From NCBI GenBank assembly GCA_041393415.1, contig JAWKKE010000001.1, positions 327,608 to 391,607 of the forward strand: 64,000 bases of DNA, given 5' to 3'. The notes under the pieces are model-generated. The model was not told the origin of the DNA, searched no databases, and saw only the letters and a program-made list of their open reading frames with translations. Of the stretch, positions 19,428 through 28,643 are shown piece by piece (within the stretch, counting starts at the first letter, position 1; every line of letters starts with the position of its first letter). This DNA is from Thermoleophilia bacterium. GTDB lineage: Bacteria > Actinomycetota > Thermoleophilia > UBA2241. The position numbers were made by a program, and so were the translations under genes.

Positions 19428-20702
19428 CTAGGCGTCGTGGCGAGTCGGCTTCCGTGCCAAATTCCTCAGTTCGTCCCGGAGGACTGTGCACGGGTCAATG
19501 GATCGGGCGTACCGCAAGGCCCAGCCGAGCTCCCACCTTGTCGCGAGATTCATCTCCGCCACGTCGCCGCGACCGATCACCAGCTGGGCCCTCTCGCTCA
19601 CATACGCGCGGATGTCGCGGGCCAGGCGCCATGCCTCAAGCTCCCGCAGAAGCTTCTTCTCGCGCTCGTCCTCCGCCCACACGTGCTGCTGACGCGCCCA
19701 ACGGCGGCGCTCCGCCTCAATGTCCGCAATCCGGCGCCGCTTGGCATCTTCCTCGGCCGCGATGCGAAGGCGCTCTATCTCTTCCCGATCCAACCGGACA
19801 GCGAGTGCGACGGCACCGAGGCGACTGATGAACTCGCCCACGCGCTCCTCCAGCCGTTCCTTCTTGCCGTCGCTCCAGGTCGCCCGAACACCTAGACGCT
19901 TCGCGTTCGTGATAGCGAGTGACAGTACGCCAGTCGGCCGATAGGTATAGGTTGTCGGAACGCGTTCCTCGTAGAACGTGCCGTCCCATGCAGTCCTGCG
20001 TCGAGGCGGGTCAGGCTTCGGGTTCTCATGGCGCTCCACTCGCTCGCTGATCGCAAACTCCAGCCACTCGTCCTCACACAGCACCCGGGTGACTCGCTCT
20101 TCCGGATCGCACGGCTGTTGGGCTTCCCAGATCGAGCGGCGCGGCGGCTTCTTGCCCTTTGGCTTCACGATCCGCTCTTCCACGCGAAGGCCGGCGCCCT
20201 CCATGCCTTTCACGAGGGCGTCAGCAATGCGAAGAGCGCGGTCGAGGGACGTCGGCGACACGTTGATGTCCAGGCACGGCTTGTTGGTCCACGGCAGCAG
20301 GCCGTCATAGCGTGGCTTTGCCTTAGTGAGGTGCTGCAGGGTGCGCACGACAAGCGGATGAGGGTCCGTGAGGTTGTCGGCGACGACAACGTCATGCTCC
20401 AGTCGAAGGGGCGCGACGTCGTCGAGCTCGGGGCGACGGGGCCGCGGCGCCGGCCGCGAGCGAGCGAAGGACACGAGCCGGTCGGGCTGACCCTTCTTGA
20501 GCCGCGGCAGTGCTGGCTTCTTGGGCGCGCTGCCAGCCTGCTTCTTCGCCCAGTAGCCACGTGGAGGCAATGGAACAGTCAGCTTGCGACAAGTCTTGGC
20601 CAGGGCCACGTCCGATACGCCGTACCTCTCGGCAACCTTGACGACTGGCTCGGCCCAGACTTCTTCGTACAGTCTGTCGCGCTCGTAGACCACGTAGTTC
20701 AT
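19428..20702 (-). CDS. Hypothetical protein (424 aa) with N-terminal HTH-like motif and C-terminal charged coiled-coil
   Basis: N-terminus YERDRLYEEVWAEPVVKVAERYGVSDVALAKTCRKLTVPLPPRGYWAKK looks like a conserved DNA-binding module. C-terminus is Arg/Glu-rich (EERRRWARQQHVWAEDEREKKLLRELEAWR). Same orientation as the BREX operon, 230 bp upstream of 18661..19197. Confidence 0.5.
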   Translation of the reverse strand: MNYVVYERDRLYEEVWAEPVVKVAERYGVSDVALAKTCRKLTVPLPPRGYWAKKQAGSAPKKPALPRLKKGQPDRLVSFARSRPAPRPRRPELDDVAPLRLEHDVVVADNLTDPHPLVVRTLQHLTKAKPRYDGLLPWTNKPCLDINVSPTSLDRALRIADALVKGMEGAGLRVEERIVKPKGKKPPRRSIWEAQQPCDPEERVTRVLCEDEWLEFAISERVERHENPKPDPPRRRTAWDGTFYEERVPTTYTYRPTGVLSLAITNAKRLGVRATWSDGKKERLEERVGEFISRLGAVALAVRLDREEIERLRIAAEEDAKRRRIADIEAERRRWARQQHVWAEDEREKKLLRELEAWRLARDIRAYVSERAQLVIGRGDVAEMNLATRWELGWALRYARSIDPCTVLRDELRNLARKPTRHDA

Positions 20703-20821
20703 CTGCCCACCCCGAGTCGCGTGTGGCTGACCTTCCGCAACGGGGTTCCACCCTGAGCCGCCTCGAAGGTCCAGACGGAATCAATATGATAGCCGCGGCG
20801 AGCGCATCGGGGGCGGACAGC

Positions 20822-21982
20822 ATGACAACGGAACTGGAGACGTTGCTAGCCGATCTCAACGGCAACGTCTTCTTGGGCGAGTACACGTTTGCAGCCAATC
20901 AGTTCCGATCCGCAACCAGGCAGGAGTATGAACTCGCTGACCACGTCGTTCTCCTTCCAGGAGCCGTCCTGGCATTCCAGGCGAAGGAGAGAAGTCCGAA
21001 TGCCGACACTTCCGAAGATGCAGTCGTCAAGTGGTTCAAGCGCGAGGTCGAGAAGAGCGCATGCCGGCAACTGGCGGACACGAAGCACTTCTTCGAAACG
21101 GAGCCCGATCTGTCCTTGCCCAATCGGCGAGGCCACGTCCACGACCTCTCGGGACCCGACGCAGGCATCATCCAGGTAGCCCTCTACTCGGTTGCCCAGG
21201 ACCCTCCCGCTTACGTGAAGCTCAAGACCCACAGGTTGAGTACCAAGGCGGGATTCGTGCACATCCTCAGCCTCGACGACTACCGCGAAGTCTGTCGGGT
21301 TCTCGCCCTACCCAGTGAGATCGCCGCGTATTTCGCATTCCGGCAGGACCTCCTTCTGAGACTCAAAGACTGGAATCACGGTGAGGCGGCTCTGGTGGCG
21401 GCCTTCATCAACGAGGACGCGTCTGGCAGATACGACTCCAATGAAATGCGAAGAACCATCGAAGACGCTCTACACGACAACGAGTCGTTCGATGTAGGCA
21501 AGATGCTCATCGAGTTTGGAGACCGCGTCTTCTACGTTGAGGGTCAAGGCCAAGGCACCGAGTACTACGCAATCCTGGATGAGTTCATGTGGATGAACCG
21601 AGTGCAGATGCGCAGCTTTCGCAAGCTACGCGACTGGGCTCTAGAGAAGGCCGGCGGCGAGGATCCCGAGATGCCCGCACGGATGCTGGTGCCGGCAAGA
21701 GGTACGGGATTCGTGGTCTTCCCAGTCCCGGATGGCCAGTTCGACAAGCGCATTACGGCGCTGAAGAACTACACCATGGCGGCGAAATACGACTGTAAGC
21801 TTGACCGCCAGATTGGCGTGGCGGTGTCTCGCATCGGGGATGAGATCGAAATCGATTGGATGATGGCCAACTACCCTTGGGAACCCGACGCAGAAATGGA
21901 CCGCAGACTGGAGGCCAACTACCCATTCCGCCCGAAGCCGGCCGAGAGGCTTGACTACCGATATCGCCGACGAAGCCCCTGA
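20822..21982 (+). CDS. Hypothetical protein (386 aa), possible PD-(D/E)xK-like nuclease
   Basis: ATG at 20822 (MTTELETLLADLNGNVF); earlier track residues are likely artefact. Motif EYELADHVVLLPGAVLAFQAKERS fits E...D-x13-QxK (restriction-endonuclease-like). No other recognisable domain. Confidence 0.45.
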   Translation: MTTELETLLADLNGNVFLGEYTFAANQFRSATRQEYELADHVVLLPGAVLAFQAKERSPNADTSEDAVVKWFKREVEKSACRQLADTKHFFETEPDLSLPNRRGHVHDLSGPDAGIIQVALYSVAQDPPAYVKLKTHRLSTKAGFVHILSLDDYREVCRVLALPSEIAAYFAFRQDLLLRLKDWNHGEAALVAAFINEDASGRYDSNEMRRTIEDALHDNESFDVGKMLIEFGDRVFYVEGQGQGTEYYAILDEFMWMNRVQMRSFRKLRDWALEKAGGEDPEMPARMLVPARGTGFVVFPVPDGQFDKRITALKNYTMAAKYDCKLDRQIGVAVSRIGDEIEIDWMMANYPWEPDAEMDRRLEANYPFRPKPAERLDYRYRRRSP

Positions 21983-22078
21983 GCATGCGTCTCGTTAGCC
22001 GGCTAACCGGGCCCGTGACCGTACTCCTAACACTATGCGATGACGGCGTGGGGACCAGTAGCCCTGATGGCCCTTCGT

Positions 22079-25000
22079 CTACGCCTCGGCGTTGCCGGTG
22101 GATACACCTGAAAGCACCTGCCAGACACGGCGATAGTCGTGGCCAGACATCGTTGCGCCGGTCGGGCGGGCTCTAGACCAACCGGAGTCATCCAGCCGCG
22201 CGAGGAATGCGCGAGCTGCTGCGACAGAGTGGACGTGCTCCTCGCCAGCCTGTCGAACGAACTCTGCACCCAGCGATCCAGCCACTGTTCGGGGGGCCGA
22301 GTTCATGCGCATGAGCACTCCTGCCTCCGTGTTCACTCCGTGATAGAGCATGGCGGCCGCGCTGTTGATGCGTCTGATCTCGTCCTCGGTCAGCTTGTCA
22401 ACGTCGAACCCGGCTGTGGGCATTTTGGACAGAGCGGCAAGTCCCCAAGTTCCACTGTTAGCTAGGACCTTGTAGATGGCCTTGCACGCGAGGCCAATCC
22501 GATCGGTCGATGTGTTCCCGGTGAAGTACCCATCGGCAATTGCCTGTATGGATTCACCGCCGACCCACGCTTGGGCAATATCCGCAATTCTCCGGTTCAA
22601 AGTCCCATGTGAGCCAATCGTCTCCAAGTCCTGCCCAATGCTCGGAAGGCGCATCATCACGCCGATCAGAGCTGGCAGCGAGGACCCGCTGGAGTCGAAG
22701 AGGCTCGTCGGTTCCCAATCGGCCTTTGTGAGCTTGCGATCCAGTCGCTGGAGCCCTAGGAGCGCCTTTGAGACGCCCTCAGGAGAGAAGCCTGTAGCAT
22801 CAGCAAGTACGGCGTTCTCGGGATGTTGGGAAAGCTTCCGCGCGTAGCCACGTGTCGCATCGAGCAGAAGCTTCGCCTTCGCTCGATCTTGTTCAGTCGA
22901 ACGCGAACGCAGGTACCCATATCCGAACGTGTTGCGGAGCAGCTGCTCTGTCTCCGCGAGCACGGCATCGAGGCTGCGCTTCTCGTTCCATAGATGAGCG
23001 ACGTAGCACCTGAAGTCGGACCATTGGTCCTCTTCGATCACAAGCTCCAAGTCGTTCAGGCGACCCGCCTGCTCGAGCTCATCAAGAAGACTCACCAGCC
23101 TGGACACCAGATTCTCGGTCGCTAGTCCGATGTACCTCTCCACTTCGACGGGGTTGGTGCCGGCGGCCAAGCCAACGACCCCGACGCTATCGTGCCCAAT
23201 CCTGCCTGCTCGTCCAGCAAGGTTCCAGAAAGCGCGATGCGACATCTCCTTGCCGTAGGGATACTTCCTCGACGCAAGGAAGACCGAGCTCACTGGGAAG
23301 TTGATACCTTGGGCGATCGTCGTGGTCGCGCAAAGGACCCGCAGCGAGCCATGCTCCGCGAGCCATTCGATCATCGTTCGGGCCTCGTCGGACAGGGCTG
23401 AATGATGAACGGCCACTCCGCATCCGAGCAGGTCGACAAGCTCGTAGTCTGGTCCTATTTCGTTCCTCAGGTACTGCTGGACAAGCTGGATGTCGTCAGG
23501 GACGTCATCGAATGGCCCGAAACGCGACGCCGCCAGCTTCGCCATGCTCCAGGTGTTCGGCACTGTCGAGCCCACCGCAATGCTCGTGCCTCTATCGGAG
23601 AAGGCCGCGGCCATACCGACCGCCTGCGCGGAAAGCGTCGCCCTGGCTTTGGCGAAGGAGATATCGAGGGGTCGCACGGCGCCCACTCGGTGTTCACCAG
23701 ACAGACAGGTTGTGCCGGGGTCGGTGATGACCGTCTTGTATCGCAGCTGCCAGTCGCCACGCCTCGCCGGCTCACTTGCCGCGTGGAACACGCCGACGAT
23801 ACGGTCATTCGGCTGCCAAGCACTCGTGCTGAGGCTGATGGTCTTGCCGCTGTCGGGGTCAAGCCACCGCGTAAGATCATCCGCGTTCGGGACATTGGGC
23901 ATTAGCAGCAGGAATGCCGCGCTCTGGCAGTCCCTCTTGACTGTCGCAATCAGCAACTCGATCCGGAGACCGCGGGCCTCGTCTTCGAGATTGTGAGCCT
24001 CATCAACGACCAGTAGCACAAGTGGTCGAGCGACCTTCTTGTTTCGGATTACGAACTGCAGCTTCTCGGGCGTCGAGACAAGAACGTCGAATGATTCCTT
24101 CGATGATCCTCCGCCTAGCAGCTCCTCTTCAAAGGCGTCCACTTCGACGGCCCCGCTCAGCTGCTCCACGCGGACGCCGAGAAGATCAAGGTGACTTCGC
24201 AGCCTCCTGGTAATCTGCGCGACGAGTGCGCGCGTCGGTGCGACATATGCGATCCACCCGCCGTCTGCGACGAACTGATTCAGCGCCTGGAGCATACGGA
24301 ACTCCGCGAGCACCGTCTTCCCGCCCGATGTGGGCAAGTCCACGACAACGGCACGCGCCGCCTGATCCAGCAGCCCCTGCTCGCGGATAGCGGCGCGCTG
24401 CGGAGGCAAGAGCTCGAACATACCCTGGGACTTCGTCATATGAGTTACGAACTGGGTGACTCGCGAGTTGACAGTGTGAGCCACCCACCAGACGGAGCCA
24501 GAAGTCATCTTCCTCGCCGCGATGTGCAGCCAACGCAAGACCATTTCGAGCTCAAAGTCGCCAGCCAACATTGCCGATTCCGCTGCTGCCTCGAAGTGCT
24601 TGTCCAATTCGGCGTCGATGGAGCGGGGCTGTCCCTGAATCATGTATTGACCAAGCAGCTCGGTAGCGCGGGCCCAGTGGTACAGGGCGAGCAATCGCAG
24701 TGCGAGCCCCTCCGCGGCAGCCGAATCAGTTCCCTCGAGAAGATGGGCCTCGTACTTGTCTTGCTCACTCCGAAGGATGGAGACTGCATCTGCTACTGAG
24801 TTCAAGTCGTTCCAGTCTCGCTTGCGTAGCAGCGACACCCAGGCAGAGTAGACGCCGGCGAGAACCCGCTTGTCCCAGTCTCCGGCTGCTAGCGGAGAGG
24901 TCGCCGCCAGAGATGGTTCCGCGAGGTACCGGCGCAAGTCCGTCCACCTATCACTGCAGTAAGCAAAGGCCCCAAGACGAAGCGTGCGCAGCATGGTGTC

Positions 25001-25342
25001 TTCTGGAGTCGAAGGCTCCGGGATCACGCGCAGGAGTCCATATGCCCGATGGGCGCCCGCCTGAGCCTGCGCCTGCAGCCTGAGACCCTCCTCATCGCTG
25101 CGCCCATCCAGGAGGGCGTCCAAGCCCTCAAGGGCGGCGATCTCATACGCTGCTGCTAGCATTTCTGTCCGCCGCTGGTCGTTCGAATCCAGCGTGCAAC
25201 CAAGATGCATTTGGCGCCCAACGGCGTCCTTCACGGCCAGGTCTTCCGCAAGGCTCAACAGGCGGTCGCGTTCTTCCTCACCGAAAGCGACTACCGCCCA
25301 ATGCGCGTCCACAGCGGTGAGATCACCAAGCTTGACTGTCAC
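22079..25342 (-). CDS. hamB: DExH-box superfamily 2 helicase (1087 aa), HamB-like (Hachiman) candidate
   Basis: Walker A VVDLPTSGGKTVLA, DEAH box LLVVDEAHNLED, motif VI-like region CATTTIAQGINFP...AGRAGR. ~330-aa N-terminal and ~350-aa C-terminal extensions without motifs. ATG overlaps the stop of the upstream small gene (ATGA at 25339-25342). Confidence 0.55.
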   Translation of the reverse strand: MTVKLGDLTAVDAHWAVVAFGEEERDRLLSLAEDLAVKDAVGRQMHLGCTLDSNDQRRTEMLAAAYEIAALEGLDALLDGRSDEEGLRLQAQAQAGAHRAYGLLRVIPEPSTPEDTMLRTLRLGAFAYCSDRWTDLRRYLAEPSLAATSPLAAGDWDKRVLAGVYSAWVSLLRKRDWNDLNSVADAVSILRSEQDKYEAHLLEGTDSAAAEGLALRLLALYHWARATELLGQYMIQGQPRSIDAELDKHFEAAAESAMLAGDFELEMVLRWLHIAARKMTSGSVWWVAHTVNSRVTQFVTHMTKSQGMFELLPPQRAAIREQGLLDQAARAVVVDLPTSGGKTVLAEFRMLQALNQFVADGGWIAYVAPTRALVAQITRRLRSHLDLLGVRVEQLSGAVEVDAFEEELLGGGSSKESFDVLVSTPEKLQFVIRNKKVARPLVLLVVDEAHNLEDEARGLRIELLIATVKRDCQSAAFLLLMPNVPNADDLTRWLDPDSGKTISLSTSAWQPNDRIVGVFHAASEPARRGDWQLRYKTVITDPGTTCLSGEHRVGAVRPLDISFAKARATLSAQAVGMAAAFSDRGTSIAVGSTVPNTWSMAKLAASRFGPFDDVPDDIQLVQQYLRNEIGPDYELVDLLGCGVAVHHSALSDEARTMIEWLAEHGSLRVLCATTTIAQGINFPVSSVFLASRKYPYGKEMSHRAFWNLAGRAGRIGHDSVGVVGLAAGTNPVEVERYIGLATENLVSRLVSLLDELEQAGRLNDLELVIEEDQWSDFRCYVAHLWNEKRSLDAVLAETEQLLRNTFGYGYLRSRSTEQDRAKAKLLLDATRGYARKLSQHPENAVLADATGFSPEGVSKALLGLQRLDRKLTKADWEPTSLFDSSGSSLPALIGVMMRLPSIGQDLETIGSHGTLNRRIADIAQAWVGGESIQAIADGYFTGNTSTDRIGLACKAIYKVLANSGTWGLAALSKMPTAGFDVDKLTEDEIRRINSAAAMLYHGVNTEAGVLMRMNSAPRTVAGSLGAEFVRQAGEEHVHSVAAARAFLARLDDSGWSRARPTGATMSGHDYRRVWQVLSGVSTGNAEA

Positions 25343-26160
25343 TGCGCACTTCCCAAGGCGGCAGCCACTAATGCGGGAAGAGCGTCAATCGAGTCTGGCG
25401 GCAGATAGATGGCGAGCAGCTCGATCGAGGTCCCCGCCGGGCACGCCCCGCCGATAGTGGTCGCTCTGCCTGCCAGGTCGCGCGCATCTGCGTCCACGTC
25501 ACGCACCAAGACACCAAAGAGCGAGACGTCGGTCTCGTCTGCGAAGTACCGGCGAGCCGCTCCAACATACCGAGCCTGCCAATCGGATTGAATCGAGTGG
25601 TGGCCAAGGTAGGTGACCAGGCTGTCCTTGAACACGGTCGACGTGCACAAGTCCTCAAGCTGCTTCCTCATGCCGTGTCGTCCGTCGACCACAGTTGGTG
25701 GCCACTGCTTCTGGCTCGAAGTCTTGACCTCCCCGAAAGCGAACCGGCATTCGTCGCCGGTGAGGGATGCAAAGCCCACCAAGTCGGTACCCGCTGCACT
25801 GGCACTGGGGTTCTTGAGGTCACGTCCTCCAGGCCAAGGGAACTCGCAGCTACGGTAATCGGTAAGAAGGGCTTCCGCGAGTGCCTCCCCGATTCGCCAA
25901 GACGGCGGGTCGGGAATGCGAGAAAGGAGACGATTGATACCGTCCACCGCAAACGCAGTGTCTGCGGCCATCGAGAGCAGAGCGGCAAGTCTCTCCCTGC
26001 CTTCATCATCTCGAAGCAGCGGCGGCAGACGCCGCGACAGGGCGGCGTCCAAGTCCGAAGTCGACAGAACGTAGCCATGGACAGCGACCCGCGGAGCGTC
26101 AGCAGTGTACGCCTCGGTACCGAGCGGCAGGGTCAATGCCGGCCCCCCGTGTTCTTCCAC
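25339..26160 (-). CDS. hamA: Small PD-(D/E)xK-like protein (273 aa), HamA/DUF1837-like candidate, coupled to the helicase
   Basis: Putative nuclease core GTDLVGFASLTGDECRFAFGEVKTS (D...ExK). GAGGGGTGG upstream of ATG 26160. Gene order small protein then helicase matches hamA-hamB. Confidence 0.45.
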   Translation of the reverse strand: MEEHGGPALTLPLGTEAYTADAPRVAVHGYVLSTSDLDAALSRRLPPLLRDDEGRERLAALLSMAADTAFAVDGINRLLSRIPDPPSWRIGEALAEALLTDYRSCEFPWPGGRDLKNPSASAAGTDLVGFASLTGDECRFAFGEVKTSSQKQWPPTVVDGRHGMRKQLEDLCTSTVFKDSLVTYLGHHSIQSDWQARYVGAARRYFADETDVSLFGVLVRDVDADARDLAGRATTIGGACPAGTSIELLAIYLPPDSIDALPALVAAALGSAQ

Positions 26161-26338
26161 GCCACCCCTCGTCGTCTAGTGTCGTCTGCTAGCCCACCGT
26201 TCGCGCAGCGTGCTAGCCCGGGCCGCTCCCCAGACCGGTTCTCTGCCGTCATCCTAGACCCTGCCCTAGACGAACGCGAGGGCGATCCCCGGTCGTCGAC
26301 CTTTGGAGCTGGAGTCTCGGGGACGTCGGACACTCCGT

Positions 26339-26745
26339 TCACATCATGACCTCACGGCGCCGGCGCCGGAGCTTCGAGCGCGCGGCCCAGAGCTCGCGCT
26401 GCCCCTCGAGTCTGGCGATCTCCTCCTCGTGGACCGCGACGAGGCCCTGGAAGTGGCAGCGGCCGCAGAGGCCGGTGCGCTTCACGCCGATGAGGCGCTT
26501 GCCACACGTCGGACAGAGCTCGGCCTCGGTGAGCTCGCGGATCCGCCTGAGCACCGTCGGCCCGGCCAAGGGTCTGAAGTCGGTCTGGCAACTTTTCGGG
26601 CGCCGGAGGGAGACGCCAAGCTCGGAGGCCTTCTGCTTGGTCGGCGAGTGGCTCCGCTCGAAGGCTTCGGCGCAGCCGCGGCCGCCGAGCACGGGTGCGA
26701 GGATCCGGAGCGCCTCGAGCTCTGCGGAGGTCCAGGGCCTCAAGC
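26339..26745 (-). CDS. Hypothetical zinc-ribbon protein (start uncertain, possibly TTG)
   Basis: C-terminal part TEAELCPTCGKRLIGVKRTGLCGRCHF (CxxC...CxxC) with a basic tail. The 5' part of the track ORF 26339..26920 overlaps the next small gene and is probably not coding. Confidence 0.3.
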
Positions 26746-26967
26746 GTGAGCCTTGCCGTAGCGCGCGACGCGGGCGGCGCGCTCCTTCATTGGCGCGCGC
26801 GGCGCCGTTCCCGGCTTCGGGCAGCGGCCGTGCACGAGGCTTCGCCCGAGCCTGTAGAAGGCGATGCTCGATCGCTCCTCGATCGTGATGGCCTGGTCGC
26901 ACCGGCAGCAGAACACCCACGAGCTCGGGTCCACGCCGTAGAGGCTACGCTCTTCATCGGTGACCAT
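26740..26967 (-). CDS. Small hypothetical Cys-rich protein (75 aa)
   Basis: ATG 26967..26965 preceded by CGAGGAGG at the right spacing. Reads MVTDEERSLYGVDPSSWVFCCRCDQAITIEERSSIAFYRLGRSLVHGRCPKPG. The N-terminal part of track ORF 26740..27237 covers the repeat region and is likely non-coding. Confidence 0.4.
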   Translation of the reverse strand: MVTDEERSLYGVDPSSWVFCCRCDQAITIEERSSIAFYRLGRSLVHGRCPKPGTAPRAPMKERAARVARYGKAHA

Positions 26968-27000
26968 GGGTGCCTCCTCGGAGTCGTTCGGTGAAACGGT

Positions 27001-27230
27001 GCCCAGCCCTCCCGCGCTGCCCAGTCGGGGGAGCCCCTTAAGGGGGCTCTCCCCCTGTGCAGCGGGTCGGATGAGGGCCGCAGGGCACGCTGCCCAAGCG
27101 CGCTGCCCGGTGGGCGGCGTAGCTTTGAAGCTGGAGAAGGGCACGGTGCCCGCGCTTCGCGCCCGCTGGGCGGCGTCCCAATCGCGCTGCCCAAGCCGTC
27201 CGGGCGCCGCGGGCAGCGTGAGGCGGACGC
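27001..27230. repeat. Iteron-like direct repeats plus an imperfect palindrome downstream of the DnaB-like helicase gene
   Basis: GCGCTGCCC(A/G) occurs 4 times (about 27014, 27087, 27100, 27184). TGGGCGGCGT occurs twice (27111, 27166). Imperfect palindrome GGGGAGCCCCTTAAGGGGGCTCTCCCCC at 27037-27068. Confidence 0.5.
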
Positions 27231-27233
27231 GCT

Positions 27234-28643
27234 TCACTCGGGGTCCCCCATCCAGAAGACCTCGCGCATGCCGCGGCCGTCCTCCCGACGGCGCTTCTCA
27301 GCCGCCAGGGCGCCGCCGGCGCGCAGCTCCGCGATGAGCCGCTGAGCCGTGGTACGGGCAACCCCGCTCAGCTCGACGATGGCGGCCAGGTCGAACGCCG
27401 CCGCGGAGCTTGTGGGCAGGCAGTCGATCACGGCTCGCTGCACCTGCAGGCGGCGCGCCTCGCCCACCTCGCCCACAATGACGTAGTGCCCGTCCACGAG
27501 GTCGAGCACAACCTCCTGCAGGTCGTCGTCGAGCCGCGTGACGCCGGCCAGGCGGCGACGATTCGGGCTGCGCTCGGCCTCGTCGCGGCGCAGTGCGAGC
27601 AGGGTGTCCACGGCGCCGCCGAAGCCGGTTGAACCGCGGGCGCTCTCGCCGATCTCGCCGCCGCCCTTGCGCTCGTGCTGGATGGCGAGCACGGCGCAGC
27701 CGGCCTCGGTCCAGGGGAGCATGCCCGCCACGGTCTCGCGGGCCGTCGCCTCGTCCTTCTCGGCGTCCTTAGGGAGCGCCGCCCAGTGGCTGAGCGTATC
27801 GACGATCACGAGCCCGATGTCGTGCTCCACGACGTAGGCGAGGACGAACTCGCAGATCTCTGGCCACTCGAGGCCCCGCACCTCACGGTGGAGGAGCACG
27901 TGCAGGTCCGGGGAGTCGAGCACGCCGGCGCGGCGCAGAGCGACGCGGAAGCTGACGACGCCTTGCTCGGTCAGGTACAGGACCGGGCAGCGTTCCGTTG
28001 CGTGCCCGACGAAGTCGGAGCCGTGCAGTAGCGCCGACACCATGTCGAGGGCGAAGTGCGTCTTGCCGCCCTTGATGATCGCAGCTAGCTGCGTGATGTT
28101 GCCGCGGGCGAGGTAGGGCTGGACCACGTAGCTGACGCGCTCGGCGCTCATCGCGGCGAGTACCGGCCCCGTGACGACCTGCAGGCTGCGCGCCGGCCGG
28201 CGCACGCCGCGCTCGAGCGCGGCGGTGAGGATCTCGCGGAATTTCGTCTCCCCTTCCCCATTGCGGTTCGCGAGCGCCTCCTGCGCCCTGACCGACTCGT
28301 GCTTCAGGTACCGGCATCGCGCGTTGTGGTTCACGACCGCCGCGTACTCAGCGATGGCGGCCGCGCTCGGCACGAACTCAGCGCACGTGTGCAGGTAAGC
28401 CTTCTCAGCGGCGTCGGCGCCGATCTCGGCGGCGACCGTCACGGCGTCAACCTTGCCCCCGCGCTGGTGCAGCGCGCGGATCGCCGCGGCGATCCCTTGG
28501 TCGCGGGGTTTGTAGAACGCCTCGGGCGCGAGCTCCCGTGCGTACACGGGGCAGGCGGAGTCATTCGCGAGGGCGGCTCCGTGGGCCGCCATCTCGGCGT
28601 GCTCGTCCCAGAAGAGGGCGATGCCCGAGGCCTTACTCGGCAC
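27234..28643 (-). CDS. DnaB-like replicative helicase / RepA-type ATPase of an integrated element (AAA_25, RecA-like)
   Basis: N-terminal DnaB_N-like region. Walker A ITQLAAIIKGGKTHFALDM, Walker B GLVIVDTLSHW. Common prophage/ICE replication module. Confidence 0.7.
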   Translation of the reverse strand: MPSKASGIALFWDEHAEMAAHGAALANDSACPVYARELAPEAFYKPRDQGIAAAIRALHQRGGKVDAVTVAAEIGADAAEKAYLHTCAEFVPSAAAIAEYAAVVNHNARCRYLKHESVRAQEALANRNGEGETKFREILTAALERGVRRPARSLQVVTGPVLAAMSAERVSYVVQPYLARGNITQLAAIIKGGKTHFALDMVSALLHGSDFVGHATERCPVLYLTEQGVVSFRVALRRAGVLDSPDLHVLLHREVRGLEWPEICEFVLAYVVEHDIGLVIVDTLSHWAALPKDAEKDEATARETVAGMLPWTEAGCAVLAIQHERKGGGEIGESARGSTGFGGAVDTLLALRRDEAERSPNRRRLAGVTRLDDDLQEVVLDLVDGHYVIVGEVGEARRLQVQRAVIDCLPTSSAAAFDLAAIVELSGVARTTAQRLIAELRAGGALAAEKRRREDGRGMREVFWMGDPE

